A stretch of 64,000 nucleotides of DNA from an uncultured Alphaproteobacteria bacterium (GTDB taxonomy: Bacteria; Pseudomonadota; Alphaproteobacteria; RF32; CAG-239), in NCBI GenBank assembly GCA_944390885.1, contig CALXRP010000008.1, forward strand, positions 5,019 through 69,018, in the 5' to 3' direction. Made by a program: the position numbers and the translations under genes. Each line of letters starts with the position of its first letter. Position 1 is the first letter of the stretch. Under the pieces are notes generated by a model. That model worked only from the letters and a program-made list of their open reading frames with translations. It was not told the DNA's origin and did no database searches. Shown piece after piece: positions 47,493-57,831 of the stretch.

Positions 47493-47855
47493 TTAATCAC
47501 TGACGCTTTCGTCGACCTCATAAACACCGTCGCCTTCTCCGTCTGTAATACCGGAGATTGTCTCATCAACGGTAACCGTGCCGGCATCGGCGTTTGCCGT
47601 ATTGTCTGCTGTGGCCGGAGTGTCATTATTATTTTTGTTTTGCGGGGTGCCACTGGCAGGCGTCTGCGCGGAAGGATCCTGATTTCCGTTTTGGACGGGC
47701 ACGGCAACGGCTTCATATCCTTCTTCCATAATTAACACATTGGCGGAATCCGGGTTCCCGACGGCAGTCCCGCTGTTTTGGGCATTGGCGTTTTTAGAGT
47801 CGCAGCCGGACAAAGCCAAAACTGCTGCGGCCAGAATACTGATTTCTTTTAACAT
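47493..47855 (-). CDS. Acidic low-complexity lipoprotein.
   Basis: A lipobox (LALSGC) is present. The composition is rich in N, T, A and D. Confidence 0.4.
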   Translation of the reverse strand: MLKEISILAAAVLALSGCDSKNANAQNSGTAVGNPDSANVLIMEEGYEAVAVPVQNGNQDPSAQTPASGTPQNKNNNDTPATADNTANADAGTVTVDETISGITDGEGDGVYEVDESVSD

Positions 47856-47991
47856 TTTCTTTGACCTCTCGAGTTGTTAAACCTATCAATCCTGATATAT
47901 TCGTGCAGCGCTTTCTTTCAAGGGAGATAAAACCTATTGACGAAAGACGTTTCTCTGGCTAATATTCACTTTCGGATTTAGTTTAGGCAGA

Positions 47992-48687
47992 ATGTGGAGA
48001 AGTCGCGTGATATTTATAAAAAAAGCCATTATTTGGGATTTGGATAACACTTTGTACCGGATAACGCCGGAATTCGCCGATATCTTGGACAGCGTAATGG
48101 CACAGGCTCTGATTGAAGATTTGGGTGTAAAGCTTGATTTTGAGGCGGCAAAAGCCAAAGTCAAGGAATCTTACAGAATTTATCGCGACGGCGGAGAAAT
48201 TTTTTATCGCGAATACAATGTTGATCCTAAAGCATTGTTTGATGCTTATCACAAACGCAAGCCGGTTGAATATATCAGACCTTTTGACGGCTTGGCAGAA
48301 AAACTGACCAAACTGCCGGTCGAACAATATATTCTGACCACCAGCTCGCATGAAGTGGCGGAAAAAATCCTGAAGCGGATTGATTTGTACGATTTGTTCA
48401 AAGGCAAATTCTATTCGGTTGAAGACTTTGATTTGTTGAAAAAGAACGAAGATACCCAGGTTTATCAGCAGCTTTGCGACAAAATCGGCCTTGCTCCGAA
48501 AGACTGCATTTTTGTTGATGACAGCTATTCCAATCTTGAGTTCCCCAAACAGTTAGGCATGACAACGGTTCGGATTTTTTACAACCAGAATTCCGCCCGC
48601 GATAAAGAATATATCGATATGGCCTATAAGGGGGTTGATAATTTTGTAAATGCCTTTATGCAGCAGAATCTGCTTGATCCGGAATAG
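47992..48687 (+). CDS. HAD superfamily hydrolase (pyrimidine 5'-nucleotidase-like).
   Basis: HAD motif I (WDLDNTLY) and the C-terminal FVDDS motif are present. Confidence 0.65.
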   Translation: MWRSRVIFIKKAIIWDLDNTLYRITPEFADILDSVMAQALIEDLGVKLDFEAAKAKVKESYRIYRDGGEIFYREYNVDPKALFDAYHKRKPVEYIRPFDGLAEKLTKLPVEQYILTTSSHEVAEKILKRIDLYDLFKGKFYSVEDFDLLKKNEDTQVYQQLCDKIGLAPKDCIFVDDSYSNLEFPKQLGMTTVRIFYNQNSARDKEYIDMAYKGVDNFVNAFMQQNLLDPE

Positions 48688-48688
48688 A

Positions 48689-49363
48689 TTAGCGGCACAA
48701 AAGCGTTTCCAACCGATAATTTCCCGGATTATCAAGTTTTGAATGTTCGATTTTTAATTCGTTCTTAAAAATTTCAATCATCGGAGAAATTGCCTCAATA
48801 TATTCCTGCGTCAACTGCTGAGTAGCTTTGTTGACTTCTTCCTGCGTCAGTTTGCTCACATAACGCGGCTTGATTTGAGAAGATATCTTTACAATTTCAT
48901 TAAAGAAATAAGGACGAAAATATTCTAACGCGGTTTTGTTAATTTGCTGGTGTGTCTGTTCATGCCGCATAACAACATCATATTCGCAGGTATTTTTCTT
49001 TAATCTGTTTGCAAGATAAATTACCGGATTATGATACCCGATAAACAATTTTATTTTTGCCGGCACAATGCAGGCTTCGGTCAAAGAAAGCAGAGCACCG
49101 CGAGTGCCGACGGAAACCTCCCATTGGATGTCGGCAATTGCCAGTCCGGAGGCAAACATTCCGCTTTCCAACAGATTGTGTTTTTTGGCCAAGGTTGTGA
49201 CCTGTTCATGATCTTTGGAAAAATCATAATTAAGTTTGCCGTAAGATGAATAATATTCAATTTCGGGCTCAAAAGGCATTTCGGCACAACGATTTTCTTC
49301 AGCCCCTGAGTTTCCGGGAAGGCTGAAAATCAAAATTGTTAATATAAAAAAAAGTTTTTTCAT
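48689..49363 (-). CDS. Secreted putative zinc metallopeptidase (HExxH motif, DUF922-like).
   Basis: A signal peptide and a HEQTH motif are present. The ~220 aa size is typical of DUF922 predicted peptidases. Confidence 0.45.
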   Translation of the reverse strand: MKKLFFILTILIFSLPGNSGAEENRCAEMPFEPEIEYYSSYGKLNYDFSKDHEQVTTLAKKHNLLESGMFASGLAIADIQWEVSVGTRGALLSLTEACIVPAKIKLFIGYHNPVIYLANRLKKNTCEYDVVMRHEQTHQQINKTALEYFRPYFFNEIVKISSQIKPRYVSKLTQEEVNKATQQLTQEYIEAISPMIEIFKNELKIEHSKLDNPGNYRLETLLCR

Positions 49364-49418
49364 ATAAAATACTCTACAGAAAATATGTTAAATTATGGTT
49401 GAAATCTGAGGAAAGAAA

Positions 49419-50102
49419 ATGAAAAAATCTGTTCTGGCGATAATGCTTCCGGTTGCCATGGGAATAGGAACGTCAATTGTGCTCGGACGAGAAGTTTTGG
49501 TTCGTAAGCGGACGGTTCCGGGCTTTTTTATGCCGGAAAATGCCATAGAACAGCCCAAAACGGTTTATCCGACGCCTCAATATTACAGTGGTCGGGCAGA
49601 AACCGTTAAAGCCATATCCAGTGATGATCCTGACCGAAAAGTTTTAACAACGCAGCAGCTGATTGAAATTTCAGCCAGACAAAAAGATGCTGGTCAGAAA
49701 GAAAGCGGCGGAAAAGTTCACCGCTTTACCAAAATTCTTCCCGGCTCAATTATTATGGGAGAAGAGGTCATCGAAGAATATATTGAGGGAGAAGAACCGC
49801 GCACCCGCAAAAGAATTAAGGCTGCAAAACAGCCGCAGCCGAAAACATCCGAGGAACAAGAAGAACTGGTTATCAAAGACAACAATCCGAATATTCCGGA
49901 ATACCAGAAAAAATACCAAGAATATTTGAGTGCACTGGAGTATGTGGCGCGTGGCAAAAAAATACCGCATGATCAGGTTCTGGAAGATGATTTGTCAGAG
50001 ATGAACTCCAATGCAAGAGAACTGATCCAAAAACGCAAAAGCGAAGATGAGAGCTTTAATGACAGCCGTCCGCAAACGGAAGAAATATTAAAGCAGGAAT
50101 AA
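49419..50102 (+). CDS. Secreted, charged hypothetical protein.
   Basis: A signal peptide is present. The C-terminal part is rich in K/E. Confidence 0.4.
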   Translation: MKKSVLAIMLPVAMGIGTSIVLGREVLVRKRTVPGFFMPENAIEQPKTVYPTPQYYSGRAETVKAISSDDPDRKVLTTQQLIEISARQKDAGQKESGGKVHRFTKILPGSIIMGEEVIEEYIEGEEPRTRKRIKAAKQPQPKTSEEQEELVIKDNNPNIPEYQKKYQEYLSALEYVARGKKIPHDQVLEDDLSEMNSNARELIQKRKSEDESFNDSRPQTEEILKQE

Positions 50103-50109
50103 AGCTGTC

Positions 50110-50470
50110 TGCCGTACCTGTCATCCCCGGGCTTTTTTTCTAGTCATCCCCGGGCCGTGTTTTTTTATTGTCATTGCCGGGCTATGTTTTTTTATCGTCA
50201 TCCCCGGGCACCGACCCGGGGATCCAGATCAAACAAATTTCCTCTTAGTCATTGCCGGACTTGATCCGGCAATCCATTCTTCAAAGCACAATCTTAACCG
50301 TAGAAAACAATGGAGCAACGCGATCCTCAGGGCACAATTCTGACAACTGACCGCTCAGGCCGTTGCCTGTGGATTCTCGGGTCAAGCCCGAGAATGACAA
50401 AAACTTCAAAGCACAAAGCCATTCATAACCCCCGCCGGGTGCGCAGCCGACGTTCGGCCGCCTGCCGTGC
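50110..50470. repeat. Mosaic palindromic repeat array 3.
   Basis: The array contains gtcatccccgggc(T)n, gtcattgccgggc(T)n and catccccgggcaccgacccggggatcc. It also contains gtcattgccggacttgatccggcaatcc, ctcaggccgttgcctgtgg and ggattctcgggtcaagcccgagaatgac. Confidence 0.8.
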
Positions 50471-50473
50471 AGG

Positions 50474-51901
50474 TTATTTATGAAGAGAAATAGGCAGATA
50501 AATTGTAAAAGTCGTTCCGTTCAGAGTAGTAGAAGAAACGGTAAGATTACCGCGGTGCCGGATAACAATCTGTTTAACGATGGAAAGGCCGAGCCCGGTT
50601 CCGCGAATGTTCTTATCCTTATGTTCCTGCATGCGATAAAAGCGTTCCGTCAGTCGCATAAGATCTTCCGGCCCGATTTTAGGTCCTTTGTTGTTGATGG
50701 AAATAGCCAAAGCCTCGCCTTCTGCCACTTTGTAGCTCTTAGACGGCGGAATGGCATTGGCTTTTTCAATATCTATGGTAATTTTGCTGTCGCTGGCGCC
50801 ATATTTGATAGCATTATCCGTCAGGTTTTGAATAACCTGTTTGATTTGGGCGCGGTCTCCGGTAATTTCGGGAATGTTGCGCCCGAATTTAATTTTGATG
50901 TTCATATTGCGTTTTTCAGCTCTTTGCGACAGCGCCTGTGCGGCTTCTTCTGCCACATCAATCACATTGACATCTTCTTCCGGCAGACTGTCCTGCTTCA
51001 TCTCGATTTTGGAAAGCGAAAGCAGGTTTTCAATCAGCGACGACATATATTCTGCTTGCTCCTGCATAATTTTCAAAAATGATTCACGGGCTTTTTCGTC
51101 ATCTTTGGCTGAGGTCTGCAGGGTTTCAATAAAACCGGAAATGATTGCCAGCGGCGTACGCAGTTCATGGCTGGCATTGGCCACAAAGTCAGATTGCATT
51201 TTCTCGATTTTCATGGCTTTGGTCATGTCATAAATGGAAATAACGGCCACGGCGCGTCCTTTGGAAAGCCATGGCAGCTGTTTGATATGGGCATAGAGTT
51301 TGCGGCTTGCCGGTTTTTCCACATAAAAAATCAGGTTTTCCGATTTGCTTTCTTTCTTCAAAACTTTTGAAACGGCATTAATAAAATTGTTGGAAGCAAA
51401 TAAGGCATCAACATTTTTATCAGTAATGTCCTCTCCGAAAAACGAGCGGGCGGAAAGATTGGCACCCAGGATATTTCCGGCACGGTCAATCATCACAATC
51501 GGGTCGGGCAAACTGTCCAGAACGGCAGTATCGGAAATTGTCTGTGCCTCCAGCATATCGGTTTTATGCGCCCAAAAACTGTGCATGGCGTTCAGGCTGC
51601 TGACAATATCTTTGGCGTCTTTTTCCGAGAGTTTAAGGGCTTTCTCGTCAAACTCGCCGCCGTTTGACAGATTGGAAATATATTTTCTGATCTGCTGCAT
51701 TTCAAAAGTAATCGGAAACAGCATAACAATATTAAAAATAACCACCGCTGCCAGAGAAAGAACGGCCAAAAGCGGGGAAATCAGCTCAAACAGCACCAAA
51801 AGCATAAAGACCAGAGCGGCCGGAGCGGAAAGAAACATAATCCGGGCAGCAAATTTTGTGTCTTTTTCAATTGAGAAGATATTTCTGACAAAGTTAAACA
51901 T
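50474..51901 (-). CDS. phoR: Sensor histidine kinase, PhoR-like (2 TM, PAS, HisKA, HATPase_c). No adjacent response regulator is present.
   Basis: The H-box (FVANASHELRTPLAIISGFIETL), N-box (NLTDNAIKY) and G-boxes (GTGLGLSIV) are present. Confidence 0.6.
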   Translation of the reverse strand: MFNFVRNIFSIEKDTKFAARIMFLSAPAALVFMLLVLFELISPLLAVLSLAAVVIFNIVMLFPITFEMQQIRKYISNLSNGGEFDEKALKLSEKDAKDIVSSLNAMHSFWAHKTDMLEAQTISDTAVLDSLPDPIVMIDRAGNILGANLSARSFFGEDITDKNVDALFASNNFINAVSKVLKKESKSENLIFYVEKPASRKLYAHIKQLPWLSKGRAVAVISIYDMTKAMKIEKMQSDFVANASHELRTPLAIISGFIETLQTSAKDDEKARESFLKIMQEQAEYMSSLIENLLSLSKIEMKQDSLPEEDVNVIDVAEEAAQALSQRAEKRNMNIKIKFGRNIPEITGDRAQIKQVIQNLTDNAIKYGASDSKITIDIEKANAIPPSKSYKVAEGEALAISINNKGPKIGPEDLMRLTERFYRMQEHKDKNIRGTGLGLSIVKQIVIRHRGNLTVSSTTLNGTTFTIYLPISLHK

Positions 51902-52003
51902 CCGTTTCTTTGCACCTCTTCGGCAAAAATCAATTAAAGTTCTGGACTAGATTTGCAAATATTGTATAGTACAATAAGTTTAAATAAATTTAATTTGCGG
52001 ATT

Positions 52004-54682
52004 ATGAAAGAGAAAAAAGAACCGACAATGACGCCGATGATGGCGCAGTATCAGGAGATAAAATCCCAACATCAGGATTATCTTCTTTTTTATCGTATGG
52101 GCGATTTTTACGAACTGTTTTTTGACGATGCCGTTAAGGCGTCCAAGGCCCTGGATATTACCCTGACCAAGCGCGGCAAGTTTGAGGATAATGACGTTCC
52201 GATGTGCGGCGTGCCGTTTCATGCGTATGAAAGCTATCTGTCAAAACTGATCAAACAGGGGTATAAGGTTGCCATCTGCGAGCAGACGGAAGATCCGAAA
52301 GCCGCCAAAGCCCGCGGCGCCAAATCGGTGGTGCGCCGGGAAGTCATCCGCCTGGTAACGCCCGGAACGCTGACAGAAGACAATTTGTTGGACTCCAAAC
52401 GCAACAACTTTTTGCTCAGCATTGCCAAACAGGCCGGCTGCCTGGGACTCTCATGGTTGGATATTTCGACCGGGCAGTTTTTTACTCAGGAATTGGGGCT
52501 GAAAGACAAGAGCGAAGAAAACCTGTTGTCAAACGTTTTGTCGCGGTTAAACCCGGTTGAAATCCTGGTGTCGGACAGTTATTTGCAAAATCCCGAGATT
52601 TTTGCGCTGTTGAATGAGTATAAGGAAAAGCTGACGGTTCTGCCGCAGGCACGCTTTAACAGTGAAAACGCCAAACTCCGGCTCGAAAAAGTCTTTCGTG
52701 TCGATACACTGGACGCTTTCGGAAGTTTCAGCCGGTGCGAAACTGCTGCTGCCGGCGTTTTGCTTGATTATCTGGAAAATACGCAGAAAGGCCAGATGCC
52801 GGTGATTGAAAAACCGGTCAAAATTTGTGAGAGCAACGTTGTAGAGATAGACGGCGCCACCCGCCGCAGTCTGGAATTGCTTGATACGATCGGCGGCGAT
52901 AAAAGTACGTCGCTGCTGGCGGTGATTGATCGTACGGTAACGGGCATTGGCGGTCGGTTGCTGGCTTCGCGTCTGGCTGCTCCGCTGGTCGATATTGCCG
53001 AAATCAACAACCGGCTGGATGTGGTGTCTTTCTTTATCGATTATCCGCAAATCCGACAAGATTTACGCACCTTGCTGCATTCCTGCCCGGATATCGAAAG
53101 GTCTGTTTCCCGTCTGAGTCTGGGACGCGGCGGCCCGCGTGATTTGGACAATATCCGTATCGCACTGGAAAATATCCCGGCGCTGCGCAATCTGCTTTAT
53201 GCTTACCGCAAAGACCAAAGCAACGCGGAACTGCACCCGATGCCTCCGGCTTTGGAAAAAATTGTCGGCGGATTGGGCAACCATAACAGCCTGGTTGATG
53301 ATTTGAAACGGGCTTTGGATGAAGCCCTGCCTTTGCTGGCACGTGACGGCGGTTTTATCCGTCCCGGATATTGTCCGGCCTTGGATGAAATCCGCACCTT
53401 AAAAGATGACAGCCATAAGGTTCTGTTGGAGCTGCAAGGCAAATATGCGGAAAAAACGGGCATTGCCCAGATAAAAATCAAATATAACAATGTGATTGGC
53501 TATTTTATTGAAGTCCCGACGAAATTTGCAACCGAAATGCTGGAGAACCCGGATTTTATCCATCGTCAGTCGGTTTTGAATGCGGCTCGTTTTACAACGG
53601 TGGAACTGACCGAACTCGAGAACAAAATCCGCGGTGCGGCCGAAAAAGCCGTTGCTATGGAAATTGAACTGTATAACAAAATGGTTCATGACGTAATCGT
53701 TTATTCCGAAATGATTTTGAAAACCGCCCGCGCTATGGCCGAGCTTGATGTCGGAGCGGCGGTGGCCGACCTTGCCGTTGAGAAAAACTATTGCCGCCCG
53801 CAGATTGATGAAAGCCTGGAGTTTGACGTTGTCGGCGGCCGCCACCCGGTGGTGGAATATTCCATTTCCAAAGAGCGGAGCGGAACTTTTGTCGGCAATG
53901 ATTGCCGTTTGACCGAGAACAACCGCCTGTGGCTGATAACCGGTCCGAATATGGCCGGTAAATCAACATTCCTGCGCCAAAATGCGATTATTGCCATCAT
54001 GGCGCAAATGGGAGCTTATGTTCCTGCCGATTCGGCGCATATCGGCGTGGTCGATAAAATCTTCTCCCGCGTCGGAGCATCGGACGATTTGGCACGCGGC
54101 CGCTCAACCTTTATGGTCGAGATGGTCGAAACCGCCGGAATTTTAAACCAGGCGACGGAACGCTCGTTTGTAATTTTGGATGAAATCGGGCGCGGCACGG
54201 CAACCTTTGACGGCTTGTCGATTGCCTGGGCCGTGGTAGAAAATTTGCACGAAGTCAACAAATGCCGGGCTTTGTTTGCCACCCACTATCACGAGCTGAC
54301 CGCGCTGGTGGGCAAATTGCCGAGAATGAGCCTGCATTGTATGAAAATCAAAGAGTTTAATGAAGACGTCATCTTTCTGCATGAGGTTATTGACGGAGCG
54401 GCCGACCGTTCTTATGGCATTCATGTTGCCAAACTGGCCGGCCTGCCGAAAACCGTGGTAAAAAGGGCGGAGCAGGTGCTTGCCTCTTTGGAAGACAGCG
54501 GAAAAAGCCGGAATATCTCTCAGATGGTGGATGATCTGCCCTTGTTCTCGGCCGTTCGTGAAACCACGCCTGAACCGGCAGCGGAATCCCCGGCGCTTAA
54601 GGCCTTAAAAGACCTCAATCCCGATGACCTTACCCCGCGCGAAGCTCTGGAAAAACTTTATGATTTGAAGAATCTGCTTTAA
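52004..54682 (+). CDS. mutS: DNA mismatch repair protein MutS.
   Basis: The N-terminal mismatch-binding domain (TPMMAQYQEIKSQHQDYLLFYRMGDFYELFFDDA) and the Walker A motif (GPNMAGKST) are present. Confidence 0.9.
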   Translation: MKEKKEPTMTPMMAQYQEIKSQHQDYLLFYRMGDFYELFFDDAVKASKALDITLTKRGKFEDNDVPMCGVPFHAYESYLSKLIKQGYKVAICEQTEDPKAAKARGAKSVVRREVIRLVTPGTLTEDNLLDSKRNNFLLSIAKQAGCLGLSWLDISTGQFFTQELGLKDKSEENLLSNVLSRLNPVEILVSDSYLQNPEIFALLNEYKEKLTVLPQARFNSENAKLRLEKVFRVDTLDAFGSFSRCETAAAGVLLDYLENTQKGQMPVIEKPVKICESNVVEIDGATRRSLELLDTIGGDKSTSLLAVIDRTVTGIGGRLLASRLAAPLVDIAEINNRLDVVSFFIDYPQIRQDLRTLLHSCPDIERSVSRLSLGRGGPRDLDNIRIALENIPALRNLLYAYRKDQSNAELHPMPPALEKIVGGLGNHNSLVDDLKRALDEALPLLARDGGFIRPGYCPALDEIRTLKDDSHKVLLELQGKYAEKTGIAQIKIKYNNVIGYFIEVPTKFATEMLENPDFIHRQSVLNAARFTTVELTELENKIRGAAEKAVAMEIELYNKMVHDVIVYSEMILKTARAMAELDVGAAVADLAVEKNYCRPQIDESLEFDVVGGRHPVVEYSISKERSGTFVGNDCRLTENNRLWLITGPNMAGKSTFLRQNAIIAIMAQMGAYVPADSAHIGVVDKIFSRVGASDDLARGRSTFMVEMVETAGILNQATERSFVILDEIGRGTATFDGLSIAWAVVENLHEVNKCRALFATHYHELTALVGKLPRMSLHCMKIKEFNEDVIFLHEVIDGAADRSYGIHVAKLAGLPKTVVKRAEQVLASLEDSGKSRNISQMVDDLPLFSAVRETTPEPAAESPALKALKDLNPDDLTPREALEKLYDLKNLL

Positions 54683-54906
54683 CAACCGCATATTGATCCG
54701 GGCTGATAATGATAAATATAATGAGGATTTTTTTGTGTTTTATCGTGCTAAAATTGTTGAAAAACAATACGATAATAAACGGTATAATAATACCATAAAA
54801 TAAAATATTGAAAATATTGTGTTTTTTGTTGTTGACATTAAAAAAATATCCTGTATATTCCATTTGAATTTTAATCCTAAACTTTTTAACAAAGAAGTGA
54901 GTTACA

Positions 54907-55374
54907 ATGAACACATATGCAACCAAACCGTCTGACATTGAAAGAAAATGGTATGTCGTTGATGCTCAGGGCGTTGTACTGGGAAGACTTTCTGCCGAAA
55001 TCGCCAAGATTTTGCGCGGCAAACACAAACCTTCCTTTGTTCCGAACCTTGACTGCGGCGACTATGTTGTCGTTATCAATGCAGACAAAGTAAAATTGAC
55101 CGGCAAAAAGCTGACTCATAAGAAATATTTCAAACATACCGGCTACATCGGCGGTATCAAAGAAACCACCCCGGCAAAAATTCTGGCCGGCCGTTTCCCG
55201 GAAAGAGTTATCGAGAAAGCTGTTGAGCGTATGATTTCCCGCAATCCGCTGGGCCGCCGTCAGATGACAAAATTAAAAGTTTATGCCGGCAGCGAACATC
55301 CGCATACTGCCCAGAACCCGATTGTTTTGGACATTGCCGCCAAGAACCCGAAGAATAAAAGGAGCGCATTATAA
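54907..55374 (+). CDS. rplM: 50S ribosomal protein L13.
   Basis: The sequence …[31 protein letters not shown]… matches L13. Confidence 0.9.
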   Translation: MNTYATKPSDIERKWYVVDAQGVVLGRLSAEIAKILRGKHKPSFVPNLDCGDYVVVINADKVKLTGKKLTHKKYFKHTGYIGGIKETTPAKILAGRFPERVIEKAVERMISRNPLGRRQMTKLKVYAGSEHPHTAQNPIVLDIAAKNPKNKRSAL

Positions 55375-55847
55375 TGGCTGAAAAAATTGAATCTTTGCAA
55401 GATATTAAAAGCGCATCTAAAACCGAAGAAGTTAAGGTTCGCAAAGCAAACCGCGACAAGCAGGGCCGTTCTTATGCCACCGGCAAAAGAAAAGACGCCG
55501 TTGCACGCGTTTGGGTAAAGCCGGGTAAAGGCGTTATCACCATCAATGAAAAATCCATTGATGACTATTTTGCCCGTCCGGTATTGAAAATGATCATCAA
55601 TCAGCCGTTTGTCGTTGCCAACCGCGAAAACGAATTTGATGTTGTTTGCACGGTAAAAGGCGGCGGATTGTCCGGTCAGGCCGGTGCAATCAAGCACGGT
55701 ATTGCCAAAGCTTTGAACGAATATGAACCGGAATTGCGTTCTGTTCTGAAAAAAGCCGGCTTCCTGACACGTGATGACCGTGTTGTAGAACGTAAGAAAT
55801 ATGGTAAGGCCAAAGCCCGCCGTTCTTATCAGTTCAGCAAACGCTAG
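55374..55847 (+). CDS. rpsI: 30S ribosomal protein S9.
   Basis: The C-terminus …[15 protein letters not shown] matches S9. Confidence 0.9.
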   Translation: MAEKIESLQDIKSASKTEEVKVRKANRDKQGRSYATGKRKDAVARVWVKPGKGVITINEKSIDDYFARPVLKMIINQPFVVANRENEFDVVCTVKGGGLSGQAGAIKHGIAKALNEYEPELRSVLKKAGFLTRDDRVVERKKYGKAKARRSYQFSKR

Positions 55848-55860
55848 AGTTTATTTCTGC

Positions 55861-55897
55861 AAAAAAAAAGAGCTTGGTTTTCCAAGCTCTTTTTCTT
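55861..55897 (+). terminator. Rho-independent terminator after rpsI.
   Basis: aaaaaaaaagagcttggttttccaagctctttttctttttt. Confidence 0.7.
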
Positions 55898-55976
55898 TTT
55901 TAAACATGATTTATCATATTTTAAATAAGCTTCATTATTATAAACCAAAATAGAATAGAATTTTAGGAATTGTTTG

Positions 55977-56120
55977 ATGACTGGCAGGCAGGGTGAGATT
56001 ATTATTTATCAGACTAATGATGGTAAGAATAAGATTGATGTGAAATTGGAAGGGGAAACCGTCTGGCTGACCCAAGCCCAGTTGGTTGAATTTTATCTGT
56101 CAAGCAATAAGGAGAAGTAA
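55977..56120 (+). pseudogene. Truncated N-terminal fragment (47 aa) of a RhuM-family protein (virulence/Fic-associated DNA-binding protein).
   Basis: The fragment reads MTGRQGEIIIYQTNDGKNKIDVKLEGETVWLTQAQLVEFYLSSNKEK. This matches the highly conserved RhuM N-terminal motif (…IYQT.DG..KIDV…ETVWL.Q.QMAELF…). The ORF stops after 47 codons, whereas full-length RhuM is ~330 aa. Confidence 0.6.
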
Positions 56121-56795
56121 ATGGGGTTTGCAGTCGCTCTGCTGGTCATAATTGTAATGATAAACATTTATAATTATCTGGTATTCCTGTTATATAAACA
56201 TGTCAGAGTGCCGCAAGAAGCATTGATGACTGCCCTTAACCTCAATCATTGGTTTATTCGTAAAAAGGATATTGACGATATTATCCGTCGCGGTGCTGAT
56301 CCTAATTATAAAAATGGTTTGCCTTTATGTCTGGCATTAAAAAATCACGCCGGCTTACGCATAATTAATGCACTGATTGATAATGGTGCCGATATAAATA
56401 TTATCTGTCCGGATAATAACGGAATACCTTTGTTTTATGCAACAGTATACGGCCATGTTAAGGCATTTAAACTACTTATGGATCTGGGCGCTGATACTTC
56501 TTATAAAATCAAAGACGGCTCAAATTTGTTGCTTTGTGCCATTGCTGCCAACCAATATAAAATTGCGCGAATGCTGATTAATGAATATAAATTCGATATC
56601 AATTCCCGAAACAATGACGGAACCACTGTTTTAATGGCGGCATGTATGTGTTGTCGTTTGAATTATGTTTTTTTAAAAGAACTTATGTTGCTCCCTGTAG
56701 ATTTTGAGGTGACTGATAATGCAGGAAAGACATATTTGTTTTATTTTTATACCAATAAATATTTAAGATTTTACCGGTTTCTTAAATTGATTTGA
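56121..56795 (+). CDS. Ankyrin-repeat protein with an N-terminal TM helix.
   Basis: Three or four ANK repeats are present (…GADPNYKNGLPLCLALKNHAGLRIINALIDNGADINI…GIPLFYATVYGHVKAFKLLMDLGADTS…SNLLLCAIAANQYKIARMLI…). Confidence 0.65.
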   Translation: MGFAVALLVIIVMINIYNYLVFLLYKHVRVPQEALMTALNLNHWFIRKKDIDDIIRRGADPNYKNGLPLCLALKNHAGLRIINALIDNGADINIICPDNNGIPLFYATVYGHVKAFKLLMDLGADTSYKIKDGSNLLLCAIAANQYKIARMLINEYKFDINSRNNDGTTVLMAACMCCRLNYVFLKELMLLPVDFEVTDNAGKTYLFYFYTNKYLRFYRFLKLI

Positions 56796-56877
56796 GCATA
56801 GCTTCAAAATACGTCGTTTTTTCCTTTGCATTCCGTACTGCCGGCATTATAATTTACTCCAAAAAAGGAAGAATAAA

Positions 56878-57351
56878 ATGTCTATAGAAAAAGTCAGAAC
56901 ATATTTGCAAAAATTCGGTCTGGAAAAACGCATCCGGGAGTTCCCGGTTTCAAGCGCCACGGTCGAGCTGGCCGCCAAAGCTCTGGGCTGCGAAGCCTGC
57001 CGCATTGCCAAAACCCTGTCCTTTGCCTGCAATGGCAACACGCTGCTGCTGGTTGTGGCCGGCGATTGCAAAATAGACAATGCCAAATATAAACAAACGT
57101 TTCACGCCAAAGCCAAAATGCTATCTCCGGAAGAGGCGCTGGCTTTAACCGGCCATGCTGTCGGCGGCGTCTGTCCTTTTGCCGTTCCTGAAAATGTAAA
57201 AATTTACCTCGACGTTTCTCTCCGGCGGTTTAACACGGTTTTTCCGGCCTGCGGCAGCTCTAACAGCGCCATTGAACTAACGCCCGAAGAGTTGGAAAAT
57301 TGCATCGAAAATTCCGTCTGGGTCGACGTTTGCAAAATCGTCGGTCAATAA
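56878..57351 (+). CDS. ybaK: YbaK/ProX-type aminoacyl-tRNA editing deacylase.
   Basis: The YbaK/ProRS editing domain motif is present (…GHAVGGVCPFAVP…). Confidence 0.7.
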   Translation: MSIEKVRTYLQKFGLEKRIREFPVSSATVELAAKALGCEACRIAKTLSFACNGNTLLLVVAGDCKIDNAKYKQTFHAKAKMLSPEEALALTGHAVGGVCPFAVPENVKIYLDVSLRRFNTVFPACGSSNSAIELTPEELENCIENSVWVDVCKIVGQ

Positions 57352-57428
57352 ATTTCTGATTACGGTTGCAATTTGCTCCGGCCAGATTATACTTTTAAGC
57401 GTTAAATAACCAAAGGAGTTTTTTTAGC

Positions 57429-57779
57429 ATGAAAAGTTTAAGTTTACTTGCAGCGCTGGTTTCGGTTTTTGGAATGGCCGCAGCCGCGCAGGCCGGATTC
57501 GTCGGGCCGTCTAATTCAGAGAAAGCAACCGTTGCCCAGGCCAAAGAAATGGCTGATGATACTTATGTTGTATTGCAGGGGACGATTGAAAGCAGCCTCG
57601 GCGATGAAAAATACCTGTTTAAAGACGCAACCGGCACCATCCGGGTCGAAATTGACGACGAGGATTGGCAGGGGCTGACGGTAACGCCGAAAGACAAGGT
57701 TGAAATCAAAGGTGAAGTTGATACTCACCTGATGAAACCGGCCGATATTGATGTAGACAGCATCACATTGGTTAAATAA
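57429..57779 (+). CDS. ygiW: YgiW/YdeI-family BOF (bacterial OB-fold) periplasmic protein.
   Basis: A signal peptide is followed by TVAQAKEMADDTYVVLQGTIESSLGDEKYLFKDATGTIRVEIDDEDW…, typical of BOF proteins. The protein is 116 aa. Confidence 0.6.
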   Translation: MKSLSLLAALVSVFGMAAAAQAGFVGPSNSEKATVAQAKEMADDTYVVLQGTIESSLGDEKYLFKDATGTIRVEIDDEDWQGLTVTPKDKVEIKGEVDTHLMKPADIDVDSITLVK

Positions 57780-57815
57780 CAAAAAAGGAGAGGTTTTTTG
57801 CCTCTCCTTTCTTTT
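57780..57815. terminator. Bidirectional terminator.
   Basis: aaaaaaggagaggttttttgcctctcctttc. Confidence 0.6.
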
Positions 57816-57831
57816 TCTTCCTTCCTTTTTC

